Part shown: one piece after another, positions 1 to 9,532 of the stretch
Numbering within the stretch: the stretch's first letter is position 1
Layout of the letters: every line of letters begins with the position of its first letter
Source: a virus
IMG/VR virus record: IMGVR_UViG_3300033388_002987
Location: 32,001 to 96,000 of that record
Direction: 5' to 3' (one strand)
DNA length: 64,000 nucleotides
Made by a program: the position numbers and the translations under genes
Notes under the pieces: model-generated
The model's input: the letters and a program-made list of their open reading frames with translations, nothing else
The model's database searches: none
What the model was told of the DNA's origin: nothing

Positions 1-23
1 TTGCAGACCAACCAGATGATTAT

Positions 24-1262
24 TTGAACATAGATGGTTTTATTTCAGAACATCAATCTACTACTAAAAACTCAGTAAAACCAGTAAAGTTACCTGCAGC
101 TCCAATTGTAAAATGGAGAAACCCTTCACCAAAAATAAAAAATACATTATCTCTTGATGTAGGGGATAAAGTGTTAATAACAGGTATGACACTACCCTCT
201 ATAATACAGTCAGTAGATGCCACCACTATAAAAATTAAAGGCTCAAAACGTAGCTTCTTAAAAACTAAAGTGTACCCTTTATTGTCACACTCGATAGATA
301 ATATAAGAGTTGGGGATATTATAAATGTTTACCACACACCTTCCAAAACCTTAATCTATGATCAAGTAGTCGAGATTAATAATGATCAGCTAACTACCAT
401 TACATCATTATATAGCATTTTTGATGTACATCGAGTACACTCAAATAGACTTTTACCAGGCACAGTTACTAAATATAAGTGTGATACTTTAGTATTCAAT
501 AGTAAAAAATATGCTAGCCTAGCCACTTTACAAAGAGCTAATCCTACATTCGATATGGAAATAGTACCCTCTGTAATAACATATGACCATTCTAAGATAA
601 CTACACATTATAATGTTACTGAAGACCAATTAATCGCAAAAGATATCACTATAGACCAGGAGTTAAATACAGCACTAGATCACCCATTAAACGCTGAAGC
701 TAAAGAATGGGCGCTACTAGTAGGTGCATCTGGTACAGGTAAAACTGAAGCATGTATTAAATACGCTGCTTCTATAAAACGTCCTTATGTAAAACTACAA
801 GGTAGTGCTCAGCTAACAGTAGATGATCTACAAGGTTATAAATCTATCACTACAGGTACATACTTCCCATCTCTACTACGTGACGCAGTAGAGACTGGTA
901 AGCTATTTATTCTAGACGAAATCGATGCTTGTAACCCTAACACCTTACTATCCTTAAATGGCCTAAAACAATCACACTACCAGTTTCCAGATAAACTAGT
1001 AGCGGTTCACCCTGACTTTAGGTTTGTTGCTACAGCAAATACATTAGAGTACAATGAAGTCTACAATGCTCGTAATCCAATGGATAAAGCAACTATTGCT
1101 AGATTCAAGGTTATTAAGTACGAGATGGAACCACATCAATTAGCACTACGTTACGGATTAAAATATATAAAAAGTATAGCAGGTATCGAAAAACTAACAG
1201 CTAGAGAAGTTGCTAGAGAAGTAACTGGCTTAAAAATTAAAGAAATGAAGGAAACTAAATAA
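24..1262 (+). CDS. MoxR/CbbQ-type AAA+ ATPase with a long N-terminal extension
   Basis: Walker A GASGTGKT, Walker B LFILDEIDA, sensor-like FRFVATAN and DKATIARF. The TTG start is uncertain. Confidence 0.85.
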   Translation: MNIDGFISEHQSTTKNSVKPVKLPAAPIVKWRNPSPKIKNTLSLDVGDKVLITGMTLPSIIQSVDATTIKIKGSKRSFLKTKVYPLLSHSIDNIRVGDIINVYHTPSKTLIYDQVVEINNDQLTTITSLYSIFDVHRVHSNRLLPGTVTKYKCDTLVFNSKKYASLATLQRANPTFDMEIVPSVITYDHSKITTHYNVTEDQLIAKDITIDQELNTALDHPLNAEAKEWALLVGASGTGKTEACIKYAASIKRPYVKLQGSAQLTVDDLQGYKSITTGTYFPSLLRDAVETGKLFILDEIDACNPNTLLSLNGLKQSHYQFPDKLVAVHPDFRFVATANTLEYNEVYNARNPMDKATIARFKVIKYEMEPHQLALRYGLKYIKSIAGIEKLTAREVAREVTGLKIKEMKETK

Positions 1263-2086
1263 TGCAAGAATTAAACTTTAACAAATGTGAGGTACCCTAC
1301 ACTATAAAAGGGTGCACAGATACAGATTTTGGCGAGACTATATACAACCATTTTGAAAATCCTATTGATTTTATGAACGCAGTTGTAGCATGTAAAGACC
1401 ATACAAGTACATCACTCAAAACAAAAACATACATAGAAGAAGGTATTGAAAAATACTCTCAAATAGATTCAAAAGATACATCATATGACAAACTATTCGA
1501 GGATGTTAGTGTAACAGTTAAATCAAAGCTTTTAGCTAGAGGTTTTACAACAGCTATGCTGTACTCGTCGGTTAACTTTACAACTATTAATACAGGCCTC
1601 ATGTCAAAACAACGTGCTATGCTAGGACGCAGAGACTGTTATTATGAGAATGCCTCAATAGGTGATGGAAAATTATTTCACGACATGTACATCAATATGT
1701 CTTACAGCGCTAGAATTGACGACAAAGTAATCACTAAAAACTCTTATGCCTTATACGCCTTAACTAGAGAACTTGCTAAAGTTATACCTATGCGTATTAT
1801 TATAGTTAATCATGTAGGCACAGATATCCCTACATGCTACTCATACGTCCTTAAACGTTTTGGATTACCAATCAAACCAAAAAAATTTCTTTTCTTCACA
1901 AGTGATAGTAAAAGAACATTCGGCTGGGCTACATACGATTTATTAAATAATGGTAAATCTAACAGGTCTACAGTAGGATACCCTGATAACTCAGTCAGCA
2001 TAGCTGCCTTCAATTTAGATAAAGAAATAGACACTATATTTGAAAAAATTAAATTAGTATCTCCTGACTTATTTAAACAGAAGTAG
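1262..2086 (+). CDS. Putative degenerate VWA-like partner of the upstream AAA+ ATPase
   Basis: Translationally coupled (TAATG) to the AAA+ gene. HDMYINMSYSARI...RIIIV resembles degenerate VWA beta-alpha elements; no canonical DxSxS. Confidence 0.4.
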   Translation: MQELNFNKCEVPYTIKGCTDTDFGETIYNHFENPIDFMNAVVACKDHTSTSLKTKTYIEEGIEKYSQIDSKDTSYDKLFEDVSVTVKSKLLARGFTTAMLYSSVNFTTINTGLMSKQRAMLGRRDCYYENASIGDGKLFHDMYINMSYSARIDDKVITKNSYALYALTRELAKVIPMRIIIVNHVGTDIPTCYSYVLKRFGLPIKPKKFLFFTSDSKRTFGWATYDLLNNGKSNRSTVGYPDNSVSIAAFNLDKEIDTIFEKIKLVSPDLFKQK

Positions 2087-2092
2087 TATAAA

Positions 2093-2749
2093 ATGGCTTA
2101 TATATATAAAGATATCAAAGATGTTAAGCCTGGTGATGTACTAGAAGCAGCAGTTAATTCAGATACTATTACTAAAGGAAAACTATACTATGTGCTCAAA
2201 GATGGCTCTCCAGCTGGAATGACTTATTGCAGAGACGATGGTGAGATATCTGAAGGATTTAACCCTAGTCCAGATTACTGGAAGCTGATAAAAACATCCC
2301 CTGGTAATGTCGCTGCAATAGGTGATAAAGTTTTTTGCTACACCTACAACAACGCACATAGTGGTGCAAACTGGGTAACTGGTACGATATATACAATTGA
2401 GAGATGGTCTAGTGATTATAACACTGCTAAAGCTTTTGGAAATAATTGGAATAACCCTTCAACTTTTATAACACTTCATACAGTCCAAATTAAATTCAAT
2501 AAAAGTATATTAGAATACGATATACCAGTAAATTGTACTACAAACGAACAGGCAGTAGCACTCACAACATGGGCACACAATAATGGTAAAAAATGGGCTA
2601 GTGGAAAGTCCTATAAAGATTGCACCGATTGGGAGGATTATAACACTGCCACTGTTTATCTAGTTAATAAGGGTACACACAGTGGTATATCTACTCACAA
2701 CCACCATAATGAAAACATTTGGTCTTACCAAGACGCGTTAAAGGAATAA
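2093..2749 (+). CDS. Hypothetical protein, paralog of 7864-8625
   Basis: Shares MAYxYxxIKxxxPGDVxE and WKLxKTxPGxxAxxGD motifs with 7864-8625. Confidence 0.7.
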   Translation: MAYIYKDIKDVKPGDVLEAAVNSDTITKGKLYYVLKDGSPAGMTYCRDDGEISEGFNPSPDYWKLIKTSPGNVAAIGDKVFCYTYNNAHSGANWVTGTIYTIERWSSDYNTAKAFGNNWNNPSTFITLHTVQIKFNKSILEYDIPVNCTTNEQAVALTTWAHNNGKKWASGKSYKDCTDWEDYNTATVYLVNKGTHSGISTHNHHNENIWSYQDALKE

Positions 2750-2750
2750 C

Positions 2751-3260
2751 ATGAACATAGTAACACTTTCACTGAGACTACAATACGACGATGCAATCGC
2801 TGTATTGCAACTACTAAAAGATAAGGGCTTAAACGCTCATATCTCTCCTGTAGAGCCTAAAGAACCAAAAGGGGATGTAGTACCTACCAACCAAGTAGAA
2901 GACGTCAGAGAGTCTCTAGTAGAGCCTGCAGTAATACCTCATCACGCTCACCAGGACGCAGCTGTAACAACTGCACCAACCGCTGGTAAAACTGTAAAGA
3001 TGCCTGGATTCATGCGCACTCAAACACAAATAGACAACTACACTTCTAGCGAAGCTAGTCGTGTAGAAGCTCTAGATGAAGAAGCAGAACTACGTGAACA
3101 ACGACGCCAAGAGCGTTTAGCTAAAAAAGAAGAAAAAGATGCCGAAGCCTTAGAGAAAAAAGAAACTAAAGCAAAAGCAGACAACGAAGTTGCCGCAATC
3201 AAAGAAGCAACTTTAACTACTACAGCCCAAACTTCCATAGTGAAACCGTGGGAACTATAA
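2751..3260 (+). CDS. Hypothetical protein with a charged coiled-coil C-terminal half
   Basis: AAGGA RBS upstream; E/K/R-rich helical stretch. Confidence 0.7.
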   Translation: MNIVTLSLRLQYDDAIAVLQLLKDKGLNAHISPVEPKEPKGDVVPTNQVEDVRESLVEPAVIPHHAHQDAAVTTAPTAGKTVKMPGFMRTQTQIDNYTSSEASRVEALDEEAELREQRRQERLAKKEEKDAEALEKKETKAKADNEVAAIKEATLTTTAQTSIVKPWEL

Positions 3261-3506
3261 ATGTATGTTACTAAAATGAAACCTATTATTATAGAAGCTA
3301 TGAAATACACACTTGTTAATATCGAAACCAAAACAGGTTACGATAAAGACGATGTACTACTAATAACTTTTAAAGACATAGGTGTAGCAATAAAAATAAG
3401 AGACTACGCTAGAGGCCTTGGTGCAGAAGCAACAGTTAAACAAGAAACATCTCAACTAGTCTGTGTATTTATACATACTACTGATGTGTACAAATTAAAG
3501 GGTTAA
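3261..3506 (+). CDS. Hypothetical protein
   Basis: ORF abuts the previous stop; codon usage like its neighbours. Confidence 0.55.
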   Translation: MYVTKMKPIIIEAMKYTLVNIETKTGYDKDDVLLITFKDIGVAIKIRDYARGLGAEATVKQETSQLVCVFIHTTDVYKLKG

Positions 3507-3507
3507 T

Positions 3508-3705
3508 ATGATTTACAGTGAAAATCCCGTCATAGACACACTTATAGCAGCCCATTCTTCAAAGGACTTTAAAAATAAGTATTTCGTAGAAATGGCTTCA
3601 TATGGTAACTACCTACTAAGAGACTTAACTGGTGAACTCATATCAACTCACAGCAGTCAGGACGAGGCCTTCGCAGCTAAAAAGGAGCTAGAATGCAAGA
3701 AATAA
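3508..3705 (+). CDS. Hypothetical protein
   Basis: AAGGG RBS; tightly packed ORF. Confidence 0.55.
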   Translation: MIYSENPVIDTLIAAHSSKDFKNKYFVEMASYGNYLLRDLTGELISTHSSQDEAFAAKKELECKK

Positions 3706-4079
3706 ATGAACCTATAAATACACCCTTATTCTGGAGAATTTTCTATAAATGCCAGCAAGATGTACTAAAAAAGTACCCTGCAGCTACATTTGTAGAAATA
3801 ACTAATAAAGCTACTAAAATGGCAATGGAGGAACATAATGAATACGTACAAAGTCACGCTTAACGGGTACAAATTAAATATAATACAAGCTGTTAACTAC
3901 GATAAGGCATTACAAAAAGCCATATACCTATATGGCTTAGAAGTAGATATTGAGAAAATATAATGTCTGTAACTAAGTGGCTTATTATTAATACCTTCAT
4001 CTGTGAATGGTTTATTATATTAAATGCAATGAACAACTTCGGTTGGATAAATTTATAGGGAAATCCCTAAGGAGAAACA

Positions 4080-4643
4080 ATGACAAAAATAGACCTAGAA
4101 TTAGAGAAACACTTTAAAACAGTAGGCAGTAGACCTCAACGTAAAAACGAAGAAACACTTACTTCATTTGATCGCGACATATTTTGGTATGACAAAGACA
4201 CTAAACATCGCCAAACACCTTCTACCACCAAAGTCACTTACGAACATCATCGTAAAGCAATAGAAACAGCCGTTAACTTTATGCGTAAAGATACACAACA
4301 TACTATTGCTATGTGTATATTAACACATCGCCACTTCGAAGACTATCGAAACTCAGTCTTCTCAGGAGAAGGCAACTTCACAGCAGACTATTCTTTTATT
4401 GTGAAGAAAGTGCATATGTTATTCAACCCTACAACAAGTAGAATAACTACTTCTAGTATCAGTACTAAACTTAAAGAGTTTACAACACCTACCTTAGTAC
4501 AAGTAAACCACGTAGTCGGCGAAGTAACTCCAGTAACAGTACCTGATACTGGAGAAACACTTAATGAATGGGCAATCAAGTTTAACGAGAATGCCAACGA
4601 GACAACTACATATCACGTAGCTGGCCTTAAAATAGGTGCCTAA
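4080..4643 (+). CDS. Hypothetical protein
   Basis: Strong AAGGAG RBS, preceded by a small AGGG-AAAT-CCCT hairpin. Confidence 0.7.
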   Translation: MTKIDLELEKHFKTVGSRPQRKNEETLTSFDRDIFWYDKDTKHRQTPSTTKVTYEHHRKAIETAVNFMRKDTQHTIAMCILTHRHFEDYRNSVFSGEGNFTADYSFIVKKVHMLFNPTTSRITTSSISTKLKEFTTPTLVQVNHVVGEVTPVTVPDTGETLNEWAIKFNENANETTTYHVAGLKIGA

Positions 4644-4884
4644 ATCAAGCCCTTGGTACCCCAATAGAGAACTGACCTATGGTCAGATCTACCACTTCAT
4701 ACGTGCCAAGACCTACAACTTATCACCATTCGACAAAGACTCAATCCAAGAAGCTAAAAAGCTAACACTAATGGAAGCACGTGATGCTTCTCCAAACTAC
4801 AAGATGTTCCTTAAAGCCGCTGTACTTGCTACAGGGCTTAGTGAGAGAACTATAAAAGGGATTTTATATAGTTCTGGGCAATAA
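4636..4884 (+). CDS. Hypothetical protein
   Basis: GTG start overlapping the previous gene. Confidence 0.5.
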   Translation: MPKSSPWYPNRELTYGQIYHFIRAKTYNLSPFDKDSIQEAKKLTLMEARDASPNYKMFLKAAVLATGLSERTIKGILYSSGQ

Positions 4885-5147
4885 ATTGCACATAAATCAC
4901 AAAGTCAAAATCCTCTATTAGAGGTAGGCTAATTAGCCACTATAAAGATAAAGAATTTGATACAATTTATACTTTAAAGTTTAAGTCTAAAGCAGATATA
5001 GATGTAATGGAGGTATACTTCATTAATAAGTTACAACCAGTTCATAACAAAGACAGTAATAGTAGCACCACATTAACAGTGGAAATAGCTAACATGGGTG
5101 AAGTCATCATCTCAACATTAATACACACTAAATCAAAGGATACATAG
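4862..5147 (+). pseudogene. Probable degenerate GIY-YIG endonuclease fragment, absent from the ORF track
   Basis: Open frame 4896-5147 reads KSKSSIRGRLISHY...EVYFINKLQPVHN, like a GIY-YIG Arg helix and Glu/Asn motif. It has no in-frame start; FYIVLGNKLHI lies upstream in another frame. Confidence 0.35.
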
Positions 5148-5148
5148 A

Positions 5149-5964
5149 ATGGAAAATAACCAAACAGAAACTGGAGTAGTACTTCCGGAGGATAATATAA
5201 TAGATACTAATTGGGCAAGAGAACAATTAGCCAGAGTCGACGTTTTTTCGCAAGAACTCCTTAACTATGGACGTGGTGAGATCATGTTCATGCTTCAAAC
5301 AAACCTCTCAGCCCAAGGCTATGAACAGTCAATCAACGACTTAGGATACACGGTAGAAACTTCTACTACGTACATCAACTATCTCCAAAAGAGAACGGTA
5401 CTAGAAGCCATAAAGGCTAAATACTACGTAGCACTCTCACTAAGCGCAGCTGAGTACATCCCTGATAACATCGAAGATGCTACTGCATTGATAGATATCT
5501 GTCTTGCTAAATTTGGACGTCCCACAGCAGACAACCTTAAAAAAGCGGCTGAGACTAGCGGTGTACTCCCTAAGAAGATGTCTGAAGCCGCTATAGGGGT
5601 AGAAGCTCTTAAAAAGAAAGCACTTAACGATTGGTTAAGTAAAGAACACTCTATGTCAGAATCTGATATCATAGATGCTCAGAAACTTCATCCAGAAGGT
5701 CTTAAAGAGTTCACGGAAAAAATGGCTCAAGCCTACTTCCTACTAGAAGACTGGAAAGACTTCTACAGCATCATCGCTAAACCAGTACATGACTCTGAAA
5801 ACGCTAAAGCACTACGTTTCTTAGCCGACATTCAAGACGCGTCAGCGTCTATTGAGGAATACCTCTCAGCAGAGTCTGCTAATAAGAAACTCAATAGCCT
5901 TAAAGATCTGTTTGAAAACGAGGTGTACCCTGAACTAAGCTTCTCTAAGGAAACATTAAGTTAA
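5149..5964 (+). CDS. Hypothetical protein
   Basis: 271-aa ORF with AAAGGA RBS. Confidence 0.75.
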   Translation: MENNQTETGVVLPEDNIIDTNWAREQLARVDVFSQELLNYGRGEIMFMLQTNLSAQGYEQSINDLGYTVETSTTYINYLQKRTVLEAIKAKYYVALSLSAAEYIPDNIEDATALIDICLAKFGRPTADNLKKAAETSGVLPKKMSEAAIGVEALKKKALNDWLSKEHSMSESDIIDAQKLHPEGLKEFTEKMAQAYFLLEDWKDFYSIIAKPVHDSENAKALRFLADIQDASASIEEYLSAESANKKLNSLKDLFENEVYPELSFSKETLS

Positions 5965-5997
5965 ATTTGCATATAATACTGTATTAAAAGGACTTAC

Positions 5998-6912
5998 ATG
6001 CATAAATCAACTATAAAAGCTAAGGCAAATTTTCCATTCAAAGCAGGTGTACTTCATAAGTATAAGTATGACTACACTAACACTACTTACACAGGAAACC
6101 AGCATAAAATTGATATAAATTGTCTAGTACATGGAGTGTTTAGTACAACACCTCAACAGCATTTACAAGATAAATCTGGATGCCCGCAGTGCAATATGTA
6201 TAATAAAAAGTGCACCACTGCTGAATTTAAAAAAGTTGTTAACACTGTTAATGGGTACGAATTAATTAGCACTTACACCAACGCATTAACTAAGGTAGAA
6301 ATTAAACATCTGCATTGTGGTAATTCGTGGTATATAACACCGAACAAGTTTAAACTAGGTAGACGGTGTCCAGTTTGTGCTACAACAAATTATCCTAAAA
6401 CTACCAGTGAATATATTAGGGAATTATTTTTAACTACTAATGGGGACTTAATCTGTAACTCTCCATATATTAAAAGCCATGTAAAACTATCCCACACTCA
6501 CTCATGTGGCCATACATGGGATATAACTCCAGCCAATGTGTTAAATGGACAAAGCTGTCCAAAGTGCAGAAGTACTTCTGATAATGACATATTATATATT
6601 TGGAATGTCCCACATACTTCTATATACAAAATAGGAGTCACATCAGAGAGACTTGGGTTAAAGAGACTATTAGAAGTCCATAATAGGGTAACAGTTGATA
6701 CACTTTTATCATTAGTGGCCTATACCCCAACATTTAATGCTTCTAAATTAGAAAGGTACCTACTTCGTACATATACTAGTACCCCATCATGGGACTACAC
6801 AGGTGACGGTATGACTGAATTTAGAGTGTTAAGTAGCGTAGATTTAGTAAATATACTAAAAATAATAAATGTATTAAAGGAACCCCATGAAGAAATTAAA
6901 AAGAGTGTATAA
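5998..6912 (+). CDS. Free-standing putative homing endonuclease: zinc-ribbon repeats plus a GIY-YIG-like C-terminal domain
   Basis: Repeated C/H-x-H/CG...CPxC modules (CLVHG..GCPQC, HLHCG..RCPVC, HSCG..SCPKC), then ILYIW..IYKIGVT..LE. Own TATAAT at 5972. Confidence 0.7.
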   Translation: MHKSTIKAKANFPFKAGVLHKYKYDYTNTTYTGNQHKIDINCLVHGVFSTTPQQHLQDKSGCPQCNMYNKKCTTAEFKKVVNTVNGYELISTYTNALTKVEIKHLHCGNSWYITPNKFKLGRRCPVCATTNYPKTTSEYIRELFLTTNGDLICNSPYIKSHVKLSHTHSCGHTWDITPANVLNGQSCPKCRSTSDNDILYIWNVPHTSIYKIGVTSERLGLKRLLEVHNRVTVDTLLSLVAYTPTFNASKLERYLLRTYTSTPSWDYTGDGMTEFRVLSSVDLVNILKIINVLKEPHEEIKKSV

Positions 6913-7193
6913 TGTACACTAAAACAGCCTTACAAGACACATGTAACTCCGTTCCATGCCCCTCTCCTGTAGAGCCAACTATTTGCCTTTTAGGTAAACA
7001 GTTCTCATTAGACAATGACTGGAGACATTCTCTCAGATACTTTAACAACTCACATCTACTTCAAATAGTGGAAGACTCACTCAAAGGTAAAGCCTTTGAA
7101 CTTGAGTTCAGTCAAACTGACAGCGACGGCAACGTAACTATCAAAGGTATGGACATAACAATCCCCCTCATGATCTTAAAGGAAGTTAAATGA
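6912..7193 (+). CDS. Hypothetical protein
   Basis: Coupled ORF (TAATG). Confidence 0.55.
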   Translation: MYTKTALQDTCNSVPCPSPVEPTICLLGKQFSLDNDWRHSLRYFNNSHLLQIVEDSLKGKAFELEFSQTDSDGNVTIKGMDITIPLMILKEVK

Positions 7194-7864
7194 CAGTTAA
7201 ACTACTACATCACACACCTCTATGGGTATCCTCCACGGCGATACGCAAATGCTGGGCATCAGAAGGTAAGAGTGATACTAGAGAATACCAAAATACATTA
7301 AATACCGATGCTATCTTAGAAGATAACTACGGCTTTGATGCTAGTAAACTAACAGGCCCTAAAGACAAAGAACTTATTCACCGCATCGGTAATAAGTTCA
7401 AACACGCCTCTACCTTAGAACACCTTACTTATAACTTCGACATAGACGGCATAAGCCGTGCATGTCTACAAGAACTAGCTAGGCATCGTATAGCAAGTAT
7501 CTCGGTTAAGTCATCACGTTACACTCTTAAAGAACTTAAAGCAACTGAAACTCTGGAAGAGCTAAAACAATTCCTGGTAACAACTAAGGATGCACTAGTA
7601 GATGACATCTGTCTAGGAAACCTTCACGGTGTACGCAAGGCCTTACAAGCAGGCAAGTCAAATGACATTGCCAAATACTGCCTACCAGAAGCTTACAAAA
7701 CCTCCCTAGTGTGGTCAGTAAACGCTAGGTCTCTTCAGAACTTCTTATCACTACGTACGGACAAGGCAGCCCTTTGGGAAATCAGAGACCTAGCTAATGA
7801 AATCCACAACCAACTTCCAGAGGAACATAAATACCTCTTCACGGAATTCATAAAGGAGCCTTAA
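7190..7864 (+). CDS. thyX: Flavin-dependent thymidylate synthase
   Basis: ThyX signature RHRIASISVKSSRY, HASTLEH and NARSLQNFLSLR. The N-terminus LLHHTPL resembles Campylobacterota ThyX. Confidence 0.95.
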   Translation: MTVKLLHHTPLWVSSTAIRKCWASEGKSDTREYQNTLNTDAILEDNYGFDASKLTGPKDKELIHRIGNKFKHASTLEHLTYNFDIDGISRACLQELARHRIASISVKSSRYTLKELKATETLEELKQFLVTTKDALVDDICLGNLHGVRKALQAGKSNDIAKYCLPEAYKTSLVWSVNARSLQNFLSLRTDKAALWEIRDLANEIHNQLPEEHKYLFTEFIKEP

Positions 7865-8625
7865 TGGCATATCAATATAGACCAATCAAACAGGCGCAGC
7901 CTGGAGATGTAATAGAGTATCAAAGAACTAGCAATTATCCTTTAGATAATGCTGATAGAGTTGGTAAAAACTGTCTAGTACCACTTATCAGGGTGGAAGA
8001 GTATAATAAACTATACTTTACTAATCGGAGGGGTAACGAAGATTGGATGGCAGGACATGGTACATGGAAACTCCTTAAAACCAAACCTGGCTCAGAAGCC
8101 AAGGTAGGAGATACTATTATATGTATTGAATGGAGTGGTAGTAGCCACCATGTAGGAGAAACTTTAGTAGTAACTCCTGTGAATCTATATGCTACAATAA
8201 CAGCAGGCAAATGGCTAGTCCTCTGCGAAGCAGATGGTATACTAACATCCACTGGGGCAACTGCCTCTTATACACATGATGATATGCCAGACTCATTCTG
8301 CTATTTAGCACTAGAACCAGACATAAAACTAACAAACCAAAAGGAAACAACAATGAACTCAGATAAATTAGCAAAAGCTATTATAGATGTATGTACACCA
8401 GAAGTAAAAACAGTTAAGGTCAAAACAGACCTTCAAAAACGTAAGAAATTCTCAGGAGTTATTTATACAACAAGTGGTAAATATAACACTACAGTATACT
8501 CTAACAGTGAAAAGAAACTACGCAAACTAATGCAACTCCCTCACAACCTTGGTATGACTATGGTTACTCATGAGGCTAAATCAGTTATCACTACTAATAT
8601 ACCGGTAGTTACTACTAAAGCCTAG
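7864..8625 (+). CDS. Hypothetical protein, paralog of 2093-2749; possibly a fusion of two genes
   Basis: Shared motifs with 2093-2749. Internal AAGGAAACAACA-ATG at 8341-8355. Confidence 0.7.
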   Translation: MAYQYRPIKQAQPGDVIEYQRTSNYPLDNADRVGKNCLVPLIRVEEYNKLYFTNRRGNEDWMAGHGTWKLLKTKPGSEAKVGDTIICIEWSGSSHHVGETLVVTPVNLYATITAGKWLVLCEADGILTSTGATASYTHDDMPDSFCYLALEPDIKLTNQKETTMNSDKLAKAIIDVCTPEVKTVKVKTDLQKRKKFSGVIYTTSGKYNTTVYSNSEKKLRKLMQLPHNLGMTMVTHEAKSVITTNIPVVTTKA

Positions 8626-8830
8626 TAATCTAGGCTACCCCACTAAGGATACTAATGAACTCACAAGAACTGCAAGAGCTAGTATCTTATATCAGGGAAT
8701 CACTTCGATACTCTGTTATAGGATTAAATATTCAAGAAATACAACAACTAAATCAACGACTAGACTCAGACGCTTATCAAGCTGCCTTAGCAGTTGAAGA
8801 GTTCTTTGAAATGAAACGCCAGGAGCAATC

Positions 8831-9034
8831 ATGATTGATATCGAATATCAAGCAACACAGCTAGTAGAAGAAGTACTAGAATTCCTAGAGGACTCTCCAG
8901 TAAAACTTACAGAGCTTCTATACCATGACACGCTCTACGAGCGTTGCTACCAAGAAATAATCGACCGCTTAGCGGACGAGTGCGAAGCACGAGCTGACGA
9001 AGAAAAACTAAAGGACTACAATGAGTGCAATTGA
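8831..9034 (+). CDS. Small acidic hypothetical protein
   Basis: AGGAG RBS; D/E-rich. Confidence 0.6.
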   Translation: MIDIEYQATQLVEEVLEFLEDSPVKLTELLYHDTLYERCYQEIIDRLADECEARADEEKLKDYNECN

Positions 9035-9341
9035 AAAACTATACGCTGAGATAAACAAAATAGAAGAAGAGGCTGGTCAACTAGACCCAACAGACTACGA
9101 GGCTTTATATAAGCTTTTAGCAAGTGCTTACTTTAAATCTAAGGACATCAACGAGTACTACTACGGTGGCAACGAACAAGTGCAAACTCCTCCAGATGAC
9201 TCTGAGGTTGTAGCCTTAAAAGAACAAGTACGTGTCTTAGAGGCTTATAAGGATGGTGCTGAACTATCTGAAGTAGAACATAAAAAAGTTATCTTAGAAC
9301 TATCTGCTAAATTAAATCAAGTCCTTAAGGTAGTATCATGA
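9021..9341 (+). CDS. Hypothetical coiled-coil protein
   Basis: AAAGGA RBS; heptad-like helices. Confidence 0.65.
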   Translation: MSAIEKLYAEINKIEEEAGQLDPTDYEALYKLLASAYFKSKDINEYYYGGNEQVQTPPDDSEVVALKEQVRVLEAYKDGAELSEVEHKKVILELSAKLNQVLKVVS

Positions 9342-9523
9342 TAGCTTATCTAGTAATATCAGTACTTATATTTACAGGATTTACCTACCTACAATATAGA
9401 GACCAAGCTCTACAAACAGAAGCTTATGGGTTATCAGCTCCTGTAATTACAATATTAGTAGCATTAGCATGGCCATTTGTACTGATACTATTATTAGCAC
9501 TATTTATTGCAAGTGAAACTTAA
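9338..9523 (+). CDS. Small membrane protein
   Basis: Two hydrophobic stretches. Confidence 0.55.
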   Translation: MIAYLVISVLIFTGFTYLQYRDQALQTEAYGLSAPVITILVALAWPFVLILLLALFIASET

Positions 9524-9532
9524 AGGTTAGTT

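Noticed and set aside
8619-8637. N4 vRNAP-type hairpin promoter (AGCCTAG-TAAT-CTAGGCT) and similar small hairpins at 4064 and 36159
   Set aside because: The loops are not the 3-nt N4 promoter type and no shared downstream motif is evident; they are more likely terminators or processing stems.
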